In this document: positions 8,721-17,569 of the stretch, piece by piece
How positions within the stretch are numbered: position 1 is the stretch's first letter
Layout: every line of letters begins with the position of its first letter
From: Candidatus Multivorans sp.
GTDB lineage: Bacteria; Acidobacteriota; Thermoanaerobaculia; Multivoradales; Multivoraceae
Reading direction: 5' to 3'
Length of the DNA: 64,000 bases
NCBI GenBank assembly: GCA_965247095.1
Contig: OZ251997.1
Coordinates: 2,592,001-2,656,000, forward strand
The notes under the pieces: generated by a model
What the model saw: only the letters and a program-made list of their open reading frames with translations
Database searches by the model: none
What the model was told of the DNA's origin: nothing
Position numbers and translations under genes: made by a program

Positions 8721-11051
8721 CTAAACCGCCTGAGATTCAGCGATATCTTCCGGAAAGTACTTCTCGACCTTCTCAACATACTGGTTGACGAAGGCGACCT
8801 GGTCCGGGGTCAGGACACCGCGCTCAGGGTGCGCCACGATGTTGCGAATATCGTTGAGTTTCTTGATCCATTGCGTGTTTGCCTTCATGTTGTCCCTGTT
8901 ACTCGCGTCCAGCGATATCACTTCTTTGAATAGCTGCCAATTGCGGTGACATATGTCGATATAGTTTATCAGAAAGAGTTGAGATTCTTCATTGCCCTCA
9001 CGTCGCCGCTCTTCCCACCGGGCCATGCATTGCTGGCGGATCGTGAGCGGGATTCCTTCCGTCCACCACTCTGTGCCCTGCGCGCCATAGTGTCCCTTCA
9101 ACGCCACGATGACGTAGTCAAAGAGCCTACGCTGTATCTTTCGCACCTTGGCGCTCGCTTCTTCTGTACCCGCTTCATCGCGGGAATCCAAGTACTGCTG
9201 CAGCCCTGGCGGCCTGAAGCTGGGGATCGTCTGGCCAATATGCGCCTCCAAACCGTAGGCCTGCCGCCGCACGGCTGTCAGGGAAGAGCCAATGCGCCTA
9301 AAGGACTGGATCTCTTGCGGTGATGCGTTCTTCAAGTAGCCGACCAAGACCTGAAGATACGGCCGGATTTCCCCGAAGGTCTCTTCTGCATTGAAGAGAC
9401 TGAGGTCCACGCCGTCCGTGCGACGGACATGGTCAGCAATATCTTCAATAACGTGAAACAGAGCCCGAATGCCGTTGTTGGTACACAGATATCCACCGGC
9501 TCGGTCGCCGAGCTCCCAGTGGCTCGCGAGCCCCGCCGCGAACATGTTGAGGCACTCCGAGAGCACCCATAGGGCCTTCCTGAGGTTCGCGTTGTAGTCG
9601 TCGGTTCTGGCCGTAGACAGGGGGCCCGGCACAACCGCACCTCTAGCGAAGGCTCCCAACAGCTTGGCAACTCTGAGCCCGTCCCGCACCGAAGTCTGTG
9701 TCAGGCAGCGATAGTGGCTCTTCCTCTTTCCGGTGACGACCAGGCGGTCATGGAGCGGCGAGGTGCTGTCGCGGTTGAGGCGGGAGGCGATACGCGAGAG
9801 TAGGGCCTGAAACGCTTCTTCACGGTCGGAAGAGCCCCAATGAAGGTCAGCGTAAAGCTCGACCAAGAGTCCTGTGCTCACCTTGACCTGCTTGCTGTTG
9901 ATATCGATGAAGAGGTTCATCTCCTCCTCGGAAGGTAGGTTTTCATAGGCCAGCACGGACAGGACGGTTGAATCCTTGTTGAATCCCTCTTGTGCTCGCG
10001 CATAGGCGTAGCCATAGAGCCTATGCTGGCCGTCGATGATCCAGGCCGAGGCGTAGTTCGGTGGCAGATAGAGTGTGCCCCAGGCCTCGTCACCGTAGGT
10101 CTGCTTCGCATCGAAACGCATCCGAGTTTTCTTGCGGTTCTTCAAGTTGACAACGATATTTGTCGGAAACCTGCCGCCGCCATTGATGTATTGTGCGATC
10201 TTCTTCAGCCGGCGCGGCTGGAGCATGCGCTGGTATGTTTCCAAATTGTCGATGTCCCGGCTTGCCTTGTGGCCAACATAGGCGATCTTCAAGAGCTCGC
10301 CAGGGCTGATGAGGAAAGTGTAGAACGTCTCGCCGCCCATCCTGCCGCGGGTCGCTACGACTTGTCGGACTAGGCCGGGGATCTTCTGGCCGCCGAACAT
10401 GTGCCCCAAGAACTGGTAGCGGGCCGCGCGTTTGAGGTGCTTCACGAGCTTCGCATAGTAGTCGAGTTCCCCGTCCGTGACGACCGCAATCTCCGCCTTC
10501 TCGCACTTCGCAAGGTCCGCATCGCTCCATGAGACATTTCGTGTGGCGATGATAAATCTGACTTTGAGCCCCGACTGCCGGCCGTAGGCCTTGCGGACCG
10601 ACTTGAGCAAGTTGCCCCGGATTGCCGTGATGTTCTCGATCAGCGGCGCCATGCGCTTCGTGCCCGGGGTGCCACGCTGCGTGCACTCGACGATGATGAC
10701 GGTTTCGTCGTCCTTGGCGAACACATCGATCTGACGTCCTGGCGGGCCATCTTCGACGGCGATCGTGAACTTGCGGCCTTTGTTCATTTCATCGAAGCCC
10801 ATCTGAGCTAGGATGCACCAAACTTCGTCCTCAAGCTGCTCGTCAGCAGGCTTCTCCTGGGCCATTCGCGTTGACTTGGCGTTCTTTCTGACCGTCCGCC
10901 AACCGTTAGCTGCTTCCAGCTTGACCTTTTGAGCGACAAGCTCCTTCGACGAACCCGAGACAGTCTTATAGATATCCGGCTTTTTCCGGCTCCTGAGCTC
11001 GGATGTGATCTCATCGCCGGATAAGAGGGGGTCTAGGTATTGGTCGGTCAT
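8721..11051 (-). CDS. DGQHR (DndB/DpdB-like) domain protein with N-terminal PD-(D/E)xK-like and C-terminal HEPN (Swt1-like) domains
   Basis: RQIDVFAKDDETVIIVEC; YQRML, FPTNIV, WIIDGQHRLYGY, LFIDINSKQVKV; WW..IP...NWQLF...LNDIRNIVAHP (RxxxxH). Confidence 0.85.
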   Translation of the reverse strand: MTDQYLDPLLSGDEITSELRSRKKPDIYKTVSGSSKELVAQKVKLEAANGWRTVRKNAKSTRMAQEKPADEQLEDEVWCILAQMGFDEMNKGRKFTIAVEDGPPGRQIDVFAKDDETVIIVECTQRGTPGTKRMAPLIENITAIRGNLLKSVRKAYGRQSGLKVRFIIATRNVSWSDADLAKCEKAEIAVVTDGELDYYAKLVKHLKRAARYQFLGHMFGGQKIPGLVRQVVATRGRMGGETFYTFLISPGELLKIAYVGHKASRDIDNLETYQRMLQPRRLKKIAQYINGGGRFPTNIVVNLKNRKKTRMRFDAKQTYGDEAWGTLYLPPNYASAWIIDGQHRLYGYAYARAQEGFNKDSTVLSVLAYENLPSEEEMNLFIDINSKQVKVSTGLLVELYADLHWGSSDREEAFQALLSRIASRLNRDSTSPLHDRLVVTGKRKSHYRCLTQTSVRDGLRVAKLLGAFARGAVVPGPLSTARTDDYNANLRKALWVLSECLNMFAAGLASHWELGDRAGGYLCTNNGIRALFHVIEDIADHVRRTDGVDLSLFNAEETFGEIRPYLQVLVGYLKNASPQEIQSFRRIGSSLTAVRRQAYGLEAHIGQTIPSFRPPGLQQYLDSRDEAGTEEASAKVRKIQRRLFDYVIVALKGHYGAQGTEWWTEGIPLTIRQQCMARWEERRREGNEESQLFLINYIDICHRNWQLFKEVISLDASNRDNMKANTQWIKKLNDIRNIVAHPERGVLTPDQVAFVNQYVEKVEKYFPEDIAESQAV

Positions 11052-11265
11052 GCCGCTGCTCCCTGGTGAGTCGACTATCTCGCATCATGTCGCTGGAGGC
11101 GACATTCGTGGACCTGTGCCTCAGGGTGTTCCGCGGACGCAGTACCGGAAGGCGAAGGAAGGGCGTTGAAGCTGGACGTGAGTTTCGGGAGGCTAGCACT
11201 TCGGTTGCTGGGAGTCAGATCGGCCCGGAACCTGTCAACGACATTGACACAGCGGGGTTCTGGAT

Positions 11266-12264
11266 TTACTGAGTCGTCTCTGCAGTCTCGTTGTCGGGCT
11301 TGTTGATCCAGACGGCCTGGGGCAGTGGCGTATGCATCGGTTGGCCGCCGACGAATCGTTCGGGGGAGCTTTCCCAGGCGGCGCTCAGCGTGCGTTGGCG
11401 CTGCTCGATCACGGCTTGCGCCCGGCCGTAGTGGACGGTCTCGGGGGTCAGCATGGCGATGCCGGCATGGCGGTGTTCCGTGTTGTACCAGGGGAAGAAG
11501 GACCTGCAGTAGTCGGTCGCGGCGTCCTGGTTGGGGAAGCGGCTGGGGAAGTCGGGGTGGTACTTGAGGGTCTTGAACTGTGCTTCGGAGTAGGGGTTGT
11601 CGTCGCTGACCCGCGGGCGGCCCAGGGACCGGTTCACGCCGAGGCGGGCGAGCAGTTGGGCGGTACCCTGGCTGGTCATGGGGGCGCCTCGATCGGAATG
11701 CAGGGTCAGGACATGGGGCTTGACGCCGTGCTTGAGGCAGGTCTCCTCGATGAGCCTTTGGGCGAGCGCGGAGTTCTCGCGGTCGGCGACCATCCAGCCG
11801 ACCGCGTAGCGGCTTAGGAGGTCAAGCAGGACGTAGAGGTAGTAGTAGGTCCAGGTCTGCGGTCCGAGCAGCCTGGTGATGTCCCACGACCAGACCTGGT
11901 TGGGCGCGACAGCGACCAGCTCCGGCTTGGCGTACGACGGATGGACGCGCTGGTTGCGGCGGTCCCTCACGGGGTGGTTCGCTTCGAGGATGCGGTACAT
12001 CGTGCGCTCCGAGCACAGGTAGCGGCCCTCGTCGAGCAGGGTGGCCACCACTTCTCCCGGCGAACGATCGACGAAACGCGGCGACGCAAGCGTGGCCTCG
12101 ACCCGTTTCCGCTCGATCTGGCTCAGTGCCCGGGCAGGCGTGGGGCGGGGCTGCCGTCGCCCGGGAGCGGGCCTCGCACGACGATAGAAGGTCGATCGCG
12201 ATACGCCCAGCGCCCGGCACGCCGGCGCGACGCCGACCTGCCGGGCCAGGGACCTTGCCGCCAT
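11266..12264 (-). CDS. IS3-family transposase OrfB (DDE integrase core)
   Basis: PNQVWSWDIT, LHSDRG, DNPYSEAQFKTLK, WYNTEHRH. Its ATG overlaps the orfA stop (TGATG). Confidence 0.92.
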   Translation of the reverse strand: MAARSLARQVGVAPACRALGVSRSTFYRRARPAPGRRQPRPTPARALSQIERKRVEATLASPRFVDRSPGEVVATLLDEGRYLCSERTMYRILEANHPVRDRRNQRVHPSYAKPELVAVAPNQVWSWDITRLLGPQTWTYYYLYVLLDLLSRYAVGWMVADRENSALAQRLIEETCLKHGVKPHVLTLHSDRGAPMTSQGTAQLLARLGVNRSLGRPRVSDDNPYSEAQFKTLKYHPDFPSRFPNQDAATDYCRSFFPWYNTEHRHAGIAMLTPETVHYGRAQAVIEQRQRTLSAAWESSPERFVGGQPMHTPLPQAVWINKPDNETAETTQ

Positions 12265-12749
12265 CAGCAGTCCTTCCCGTCTTCGAGGCTGAATCCCAGC
12301 AGCCCTGCAACTTTTCCCTGGACGTCCAGGATCGTGTGCGCGGCGGCGACTTCCCTCTCGAGACGCTTGACCTTCGCTTCCAGCCGCTTCACCTTCGGCA
12401 TCAGAGGGTTGGCCTCGTTCGGCTTGCGGCCCCGCTTCTTCGGCCTCAGACCGGAAAGCGCGCCCTCGCGCCGCGCCTTGCGCCAGTTGGCCAGATGGGA
12501 GCTGTACAGACCCTCTCGCCGCAGCAGCCGACCCACCTCGCCGCGGTGGGTGCATCGGTCCGCTTCCTCCAGAATCCGCAGCCGGTACTCCGCCGTGAAC
12601 TGCCGCCTGGTCGGTCTCGCCAGCACTTCCGGGTCGGGAACCGCCCCGGCGGGCGCCGCGCCGGCCGCGGGGGCCTCGTCGCTACGCTCCTCAACCCCCG
12701 CGGCCGGGAGCTCCGAGCCGCCGCCAAACCTCTGCTCTCGTCTTGACAT
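12264..12749 (-). CDS. IS3-family transposase OrfA (HTH plus coiled coil)
   Basis: RRQFTAEYRLRIL...LLRREGLYSSHLANWR, with an AGGAGG RBS upstream. Confidence 0.9.
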   Translation of the reverse strand: MSRREQRFGGGSELPAAGVEERSDEAPAAGAAPAGAVPDPEVLARPTRRQFTAEYRLRILEEADRCTHRGEVGRLLRREGLYSSHLANWRKARREGALSGLRPKKRGRKPNEANPLMPKVKRLEAKVKRLEREVAAAHTILDVQGKVAGLLGFSLEDGKDC

Positions 12750-12871
12750 TGATCCTCCTTGCCAACGTGTGCCCTCCACTATTCAACGGGATGGCCGCTG
12801 TGTCACGTACGTTGGCAGAGAGGGGCCGTAGGGGCGCTGACGCGTGGTTCGGAACGTGTTGGCTTCCGCCC

Positions 12872-14068
12872 TCAGAGCATTCGCGCGGCGATCCAGGGCA
12901 GGGCGACCGCGGTGCCCAGCACGCTGCCGAGGTTGCTCAGCACGACGACCAGGAGCACGCGTGTAAGGCGGTTGGACCAGAAGCCGCGCGCGGAACTGAG
13001 GCTGTCGGCGAGGTTCTCCATGTCCGCCACCAGGGGCCGGCGGAGCAGCGCCTGGACCAGTCCCGCGACCCAGCCGGCGGCGATCAGCGGGTTCAAGCTG
13101 GTCAGGGGCGCGGCGGCGAAGGCCGAGGCGATGGTCAGCGGATGCCCCAGGGCGATCGCGGCCCCTAGGGCGGACAAGCTGCCGTTGATCAGGATCCAGA
13201 GGTAGATCGACTCGACCGACCGCTCGCGATCGCCGGTCAGGAAGCCGTAGGCCAGGAGCGCGATGATCGCGATCGGCAACGCCCACTTGACGATGCGCGG
13301 CCAGAGCGGCGGCTCGGGCAGTCGCTCGAGTTCCTCCAGATCGCAGGGCGAGCCCGCGAGGCTCGTGATGCCGGGCACGTGCCCGGCGCCGACCACGGCC
13401 ACCGTGCGCGGACCTGCCGACTGGCGCAGCTTCTCGGCCATGTACGCGTCCCGTTCGTCGATCAGGGTGCCCTTGACGCTGGGCAATGCCTCGGCGAGGG
13501 CGGACACCAGGTCGCTCAGGTTGCCGCTGTCGCGGAGCTGCTCGATGTCCTCTTCCTTCAGGTCGTCGCCGACGAAGGCGCTGCCGGCCAACTGGGTCAT
13601 CACCTTCGTCCGCTGCCAGAAGCCGAGTGAGGCCCAGGTGCGCTTCAGCGAGATCTGGATGTCGCGGTCGATCAGTTCGAGGCGTGCGCCGCGTTCCCGG
13701 GCCCGGGCGATCGCCTCTCTCATCTCGGCGCCGGGCTCGATGCCGAAGCGCTGGGCGATGCGCCGCTGGAAGGAGTGCATCAGGAACGAGCTGAGCAGCA
13801 GCGCCGCCTTGCCCTCGCGCAGGACCTGGAAGATGTCCAGCTTGCGCCACGACTCCTGGTCCTCCAGGTTGCGGTAGCGGGCCTCGCAGAGTTCGACGCA
13901 GACGGTGTCGGGCTCGAGCGCCTCGATCGCCTCCTTCGTGTCGCGCACGCTCTGCGGCGAGACGTGCGCGGTGCCGACCAGGAAGACCTCCCGCTCGTCG
14001 AGTTCGAGTCGCTGCACCGAGGCGGGCAGGTCGGGGGGCGCCGGTTGGCGCTCGGCTTCGGACATCAT
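12872..14068 (-). CDS. TraB/PrgY/GumN family membrane protein
   Basis: LVGTAHVS, VCVELC, PGAEM, IDRDIQISLKR, LIDERD, VVGAGHVPGI, C-terminal TM helices. Confidence 0.9.
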   Translation of the reverse strand: MMSEAERQPAPPDLPASVQRLELDEREVFLVGTAHVSPQSVRDTKEAIEALEPDTVCVELCEARYRNLEDQESWRKLDIFQVLREGKAALLLSSFLMHSFQRRIAQRFGIEPGAEMREAIARARERGARLELIDRDIQISLKRTWASLGFWQRTKVMTQLAGSAFVGDDLKEEDIEQLRDSGNLSDLVSALAEALPSVKGTLIDERDAYMAEKLRQSAGPRTVAVVGAGHVPGITSLAGSPCDLEELERLPEPPLWPRIVKWALPIAIIALLAYGFLTGDRERSVESIYLWILINGSLSALGAAIALGHPLTIASAFAAAPLTSLNPLIAAGWVAGLVQALLRRPLVADMENLADSLSSARGFWSNRLTRVLLVVVLSNLGSVLGTAVALPWIAARML

Positions 14069-14174
14069 GGCAGCGCGGAGCGTAGCCGACGGCCGGCTGG
14101 AGGCGAAACCGCGGCGGCGTCGAGTACGATGTTGTGTTCCAGGTCGTGATGGCAGGGCTGATGGGAGGATTGGA

Positions 14175-15704
14175 ATGGAAGTGATGAGAGACCATTGCCC
14201 CGTGGCGGCACGGGCGCTGGCGATGGGCGCCCTGGTGTTCCTTGCCTGCACCGCGCCCGACGCCGATGCCCCCGTCGCGGATGCCGGCGCCGGCCCGCGG
14301 CCGAACATCGTTCTCATCCTTGCCGACGATCTCGGCTACGCCGACATCGGCATCTACGGCAGCGAGGTGATCTCGACCCCGAACATCGACGCGCTGGCCG
14401 CGAGCGGCGTTCGCTTCACGGCGGGCTACGTCAGCCATCCGGTGTGCAGTCCGTCGCGGGCCGGGCTGATGACCGGGCGCTACCAGCAGCGCCACGGCTG
14501 GGAGTTCAACCCGGCCGGCCGGGATGTCGGCGCCGGCATGAGTCTCGAGGAGACGACCCTGGCCGACCGGATGAGGGCTCTGGGGTACCGGACCGGCATG
14601 ATCGGCAAGTGGCACCTGGGCCGCCAGGCGCCCCATCATCCGGTGAGCCGCGGCTTCGACGAGTACTTCGGCGTGCTCGAAGGCGGCAGCATCTTCATCG
14701 ACTCCAGCCTGCCGGGCGTGGAGTACGGCTCGATCCGCGGCGAAGACGGGCCGACGGTCCGCCGGAACAAGGTGCTGCGGGGGTTCGAGGAAGAGAAGGT
14801 CGACCGCTACCTGACCGACGTGTTCACGGAGGAAGCGACAAGCTTCATCGAGCGCAGCGCGAGCGGTGAAGAACCCTTCTTCCTCTACCTCAGCCACACG
14901 ACGCCGCACACGCCGCTCCAGGCCACGGCCGAGTACCTGGACGGCTACCGCCACATCGAAGATCAGCGCACCCGCGTCTACGCGGCCATGGTCGCGTCGC
15001 TCGACGAGAGCGTGCGGCAGGTGGTCGAGACGCTCAAGGCACAGGGCGTGTACGAGAACACGATGATCGTCTTCGCCAGCGACAACGGCTGCGCCGGCTA
15101 CATTCACGCCGCCTGCTCGAACGCGCCGCTCTTCGGTTTCAAGCGCTACCACCACGAAGGCGGCGTGCGGATTCCCTTCATCATCAGTTGGCCGGAAGGA
15201 ATCGAGGGAGGGCGGACGTTCAATCAACCGGTGATCACCCTCGACTTCACGGCGACCTTCACGGCTGCGGCGGGCCAGGAAGCAAAGGCGGGCGACAGCG
15301 TGAACCTGCTGCCGTACATGACCGGCGAGGCGGACGGCGCGCCGCACGAGTACCTCTACTGGCGGGCCGGCGCCAGCGTCGCGATCCGCGACGCCCAGTA
15401 CAAGCTGATCAAGCTGAACCGCACCGAGTTCCGGCCCGACGATCTGCGCGGGGACGGCCGTTTGCAGCCGCCCGAAGGCGGCTGGCCCACGGATTCGCCC
15501 CACGGGCAGGCCACCCTGCTCTACGACCTGGAAGCCGACATCGGCGAGTTGAACAACCTGGCGGCGGAGCAGCCGGAGGTCGTCGCCCGTCTCGAAGCCG
15601 AGTTGGATGCGTGGCGCGCCACGTTGCTGAGCGAGCCGATCCTGCCGGGTGTGCGTTCCACGATCACCGAGATCGATGGTGAGTGGGTCCAATTGGTATT
15701 CTGA
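14175..15704 (+). CDS. Sulfatase (arylsulfatase A-like), lipoprotein-type signal
   Basis: PNIVLILADDLGYAD, CSPSRAGLMTGRY (FGly motif), GKWHLG, SDNG. Confidence 0.93.
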   Translation: MEVMRDHCPVAARALAMGALVFLACTAPDADAPVADAGAGPRPNIVLILADDLGYADIGIYGSEVISTPNIDALAASGVRFTAGYVSHPVCSPSRAGLMTGRYQQRHGWEFNPAGRDVGAGMSLEETTLADRMRALGYRTGMIGKWHLGRQAPHHPVSRGFDEYFGVLEGGSIFIDSSLPGVEYGSIRGEDGPTVRRNKVLRGFEEEKVDRYLTDVFTEEATSFIERSASGEEPFFLYLSHTTPHTPLQATAEYLDGYRHIEDQRTRVYAAMVASLDESVRQVVETLKAQGVYENTMIVFASDNGCAGYIHAACSNAPLFGFKRYHHEGGVRIPFIISWPEGIEGGRTFNQPVITLDFTATFTAAAGQEAKAGDSVNLLPYMTGEADGAPHEYLYWRAGASVAIRDAQYKLIKLNRTEFRPDDLRGDGRLQPPEGGWPTDSPHGQATLLYDLEADIGELNNLAAEQPEVVARLEAELDAWRATLLSEPILPGVRSTITEIDGEWVQLVF

Positions 15705-15766
15705 GCCCGGCTGCTGACGTGCGCCGTGCCGCCCTCACCGCGGCGAACGATGCGGGCTGCTGAAGC

Positions 15767-17569
15767 ATGAGCGGTACACCCAAGGACGCTGAGCGCGGCC
15801 CTGCCGACGGTCCAGGTGCTGTGATGCGCCGCCGCCTCGAACAGGTACTGGCCGCCGGCCTGCAGTCGCCCATCTTCCGCTGGGAGACCTGGCGGACGTT
15901 GTGGCCGCTGCGCCGCCGGGTTCAGGCGGCGCTGCTGGCCGTCCTCGCGGTGGCGGCGTTCTCGGCGTGGCGGGTTCAGCAGAAGGTCGGACAGGCGCGG
16001 CTCGAACTCGGTCTGGCGGAAGCGGCGACTGCCGGCGAGGGATTCGAGCGACTCGCCGAGCGGTCTCCAGGCCTGCTCAGCCTGGCCGCCCGGCACGCGG
16101 CCGGGGAGGGCCGCTGGCGCGAAGTGGCGGCGTTGTACGAGGACCATGCCGAACACCTGCCGCCGGCACTGCTGGCCGCGGCCGAGGTGGAACTCGGTGT
16201 GAATCGCGCCGAGGAAGCTGGAGCAGAATCGGCCGCGGACGAACCGCCGCCGGCGTCTGCGTTCGAGCGGCGTCTGCGGCGGGCACAGGCGGTCGACGCC
16301 TCGGGCGTGCAGCAACTGCTCTTCGACCGGCGGGGCCGGCCATTGGGATCGATCGGCGACGACCGTTCGTTGACGCTGGTAGAGGATCTGCCGGCCGGCC
16401 TGGTGCCGGTCGAGTTGGCGACCCATCTGCTGCCTTCCGCCCTCCAGCCGCCGGGTCTTGCCGCCGCCGGACCGGGGGCGATGAGCAGGTCCGCCGGCGC
16501 GCGAGCCCTGCGGCTGACGATCGACCGGGCCTGGAGCGAGGCGGCCGACACGGCGCTGGGCAGGGAAGAGGGCGCGATCGCGATCGTGGAGATCCCGTCG
16601 GGCGCGGTCCTGGCCGCGGTGAGCAACCGCGGTCGAAGCCGCCGGTGGCGGTCGAACGGCGACAGCGTCCTCGATCCGCGCGAGCCGGCGTCGATCGCCA
16701 AGCTGATCACCACGACGGCGGCGATGCGGGCCGGTCTCGACCCCGACCAGGAGATCGCCGACATGACCTGCCGCGGCTCGGTGCTGATGGACGGTCAGCG
16801 GCTCTACTGCAGCGCGATCAACGGCCGGCTCCGGGGGCTCTCCGCAGCGATGGCCAGTAGCTGCAACGTCGCCTTCGCCAAGCTCGCGATGGATGTCGGC
16901 GACCGGGCGCTGGTCGAAGAGTACGAACGCTACGGCTTCGTCATCGGCGGCAGGAGTAGCGAGGCGGTGCCGCGGAACGCCGTCGGTGTGGTGCATGAGT
17001 ACCGTCACCCGGGCAAGCAGCTCGGCGATCTCTCGATCGGCCTGGAGGAGGCTTCGATCACACCGTTGGGGGCGGCCCTGTTCGCCGCCACCCTCTCGGA
17101 CGGCCGCCGGCGCGAGCCGAGCTTCGTTCTGCAGGCGGACGGACTTCTGGGCATCTCGCCACGGACACCGGTCGGCGACGGTCCGCGCGAGGGCGTCGAG
17201 GTTCTCGACCCGTCCTGGCTGCCGGTGCTGCACGAGTCGATGCGCGCGGTCGTGTCTCCGGGCGGCTCGGCGAACCGGGTGGCGCCGAAGCGTCTCCGGG
17301 TGGCGATGAAGACGGGCACGGCGCGCGATCCGGACAAGCCGTTCCACGTGAACTACGCCGGCTTCTTCCCCTCCGACGAGAGCCAGCCGCCCCGATACGC
17401 CTTCGCGGTCAGGGTCACCGGCCAGCCGACGTCGGCACGGGTTCGCCGCGCCGGGTACGCCGTCACGTTCCGTCTGCTGCGGGCGCTCGACAGGTTGGTC
17501 GGCGAAGAGATCGAGACAGCGTCCCGGGTTCCGCAACGGCTGGCGGCAGCGACCGGAGCGAGCAAGTGA
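15767..17569 (+). CDS. Penicillin-binding protein transpeptidase-domain protein
   Basis: SxxK (PASIAK), SxN (SSCN), KTG (KTGTA), N-terminal TM segment. Confidence 0.85.
   Translation: MSGTPKDAERGPADGPGAVMRRRLEQVLAAGLQSPIFRWETWRTLWPLRRRVQAALLAVLAVAAFSAWRVQQKVGQARLELGLAEAATAGEGFERLAERSPGLLSLAARHAAGEGRWREVAALYEDHAEHLPPALLAAAEVELGVNRAEEAGAESAADEPPPASAFERRLRRAQAVDASGVQQLLFDRRGRPLGSIGDDRSLTLVEDLPAGLVPVELATHLLPSALQPPGLAAAGPGAMSRSAGARALRLTIDRAWSEAADTALGREEGAIAIVEIPSGAVLAAVSNRGRSRRWRSNGDSVLDPREPASIAKLITTTAAMRAGLDPDQEIADMTCRGSVLMDGQRLYCSAINGRLRGLSAAMASSCNVAFAKLAMDVGDRALVEEYERYGFVIGGRSSEAVPRNAVGVVHEYRHPGKQLGDLSIGLEEASITPLGAALFAATLSDGRRREPSFVLQADGLLGISPRTPVGDGPREGVEVLDPSWLPVLHESMRAVVSPGGSANRVAPKRLRVAMKTGTARDPDKPFHVNYAGFFPSDESQPPRYAFAVRVTGQPTSARVRRAGYAVTFRLLRALDRLVGEEIETASRVPQRLAAATGASK

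Larger units (their letters stand above)
11233..12817 (-). mobile_element. IS3-family insertion sequence
   Basis: Imperfect 23-bp terminal IRs (TGTCAACGACATTGACACAGCGG / TGCCAACGTACGTGACACAGCGG), TG..CA ends, orfA plus orfB. No target duplication is visible. Confidence 0.9.

Noticed and set aside
8721-11051. Canonical Dnd phosphorothioation or Dpd 7-deazaguanine cluster
   Set aside because: Only a DGQHR protein is present; no dndC/D/E, cysteine desulfurase, dpdA/tgt or que genes in the window
12872-14068. Conjugation gene (TraB) indicating a plasmid or ICE
   Set aside because: It is the TraB/PrgY/GumN family, commonly chromosomal; no T4SS or relaxase nearby
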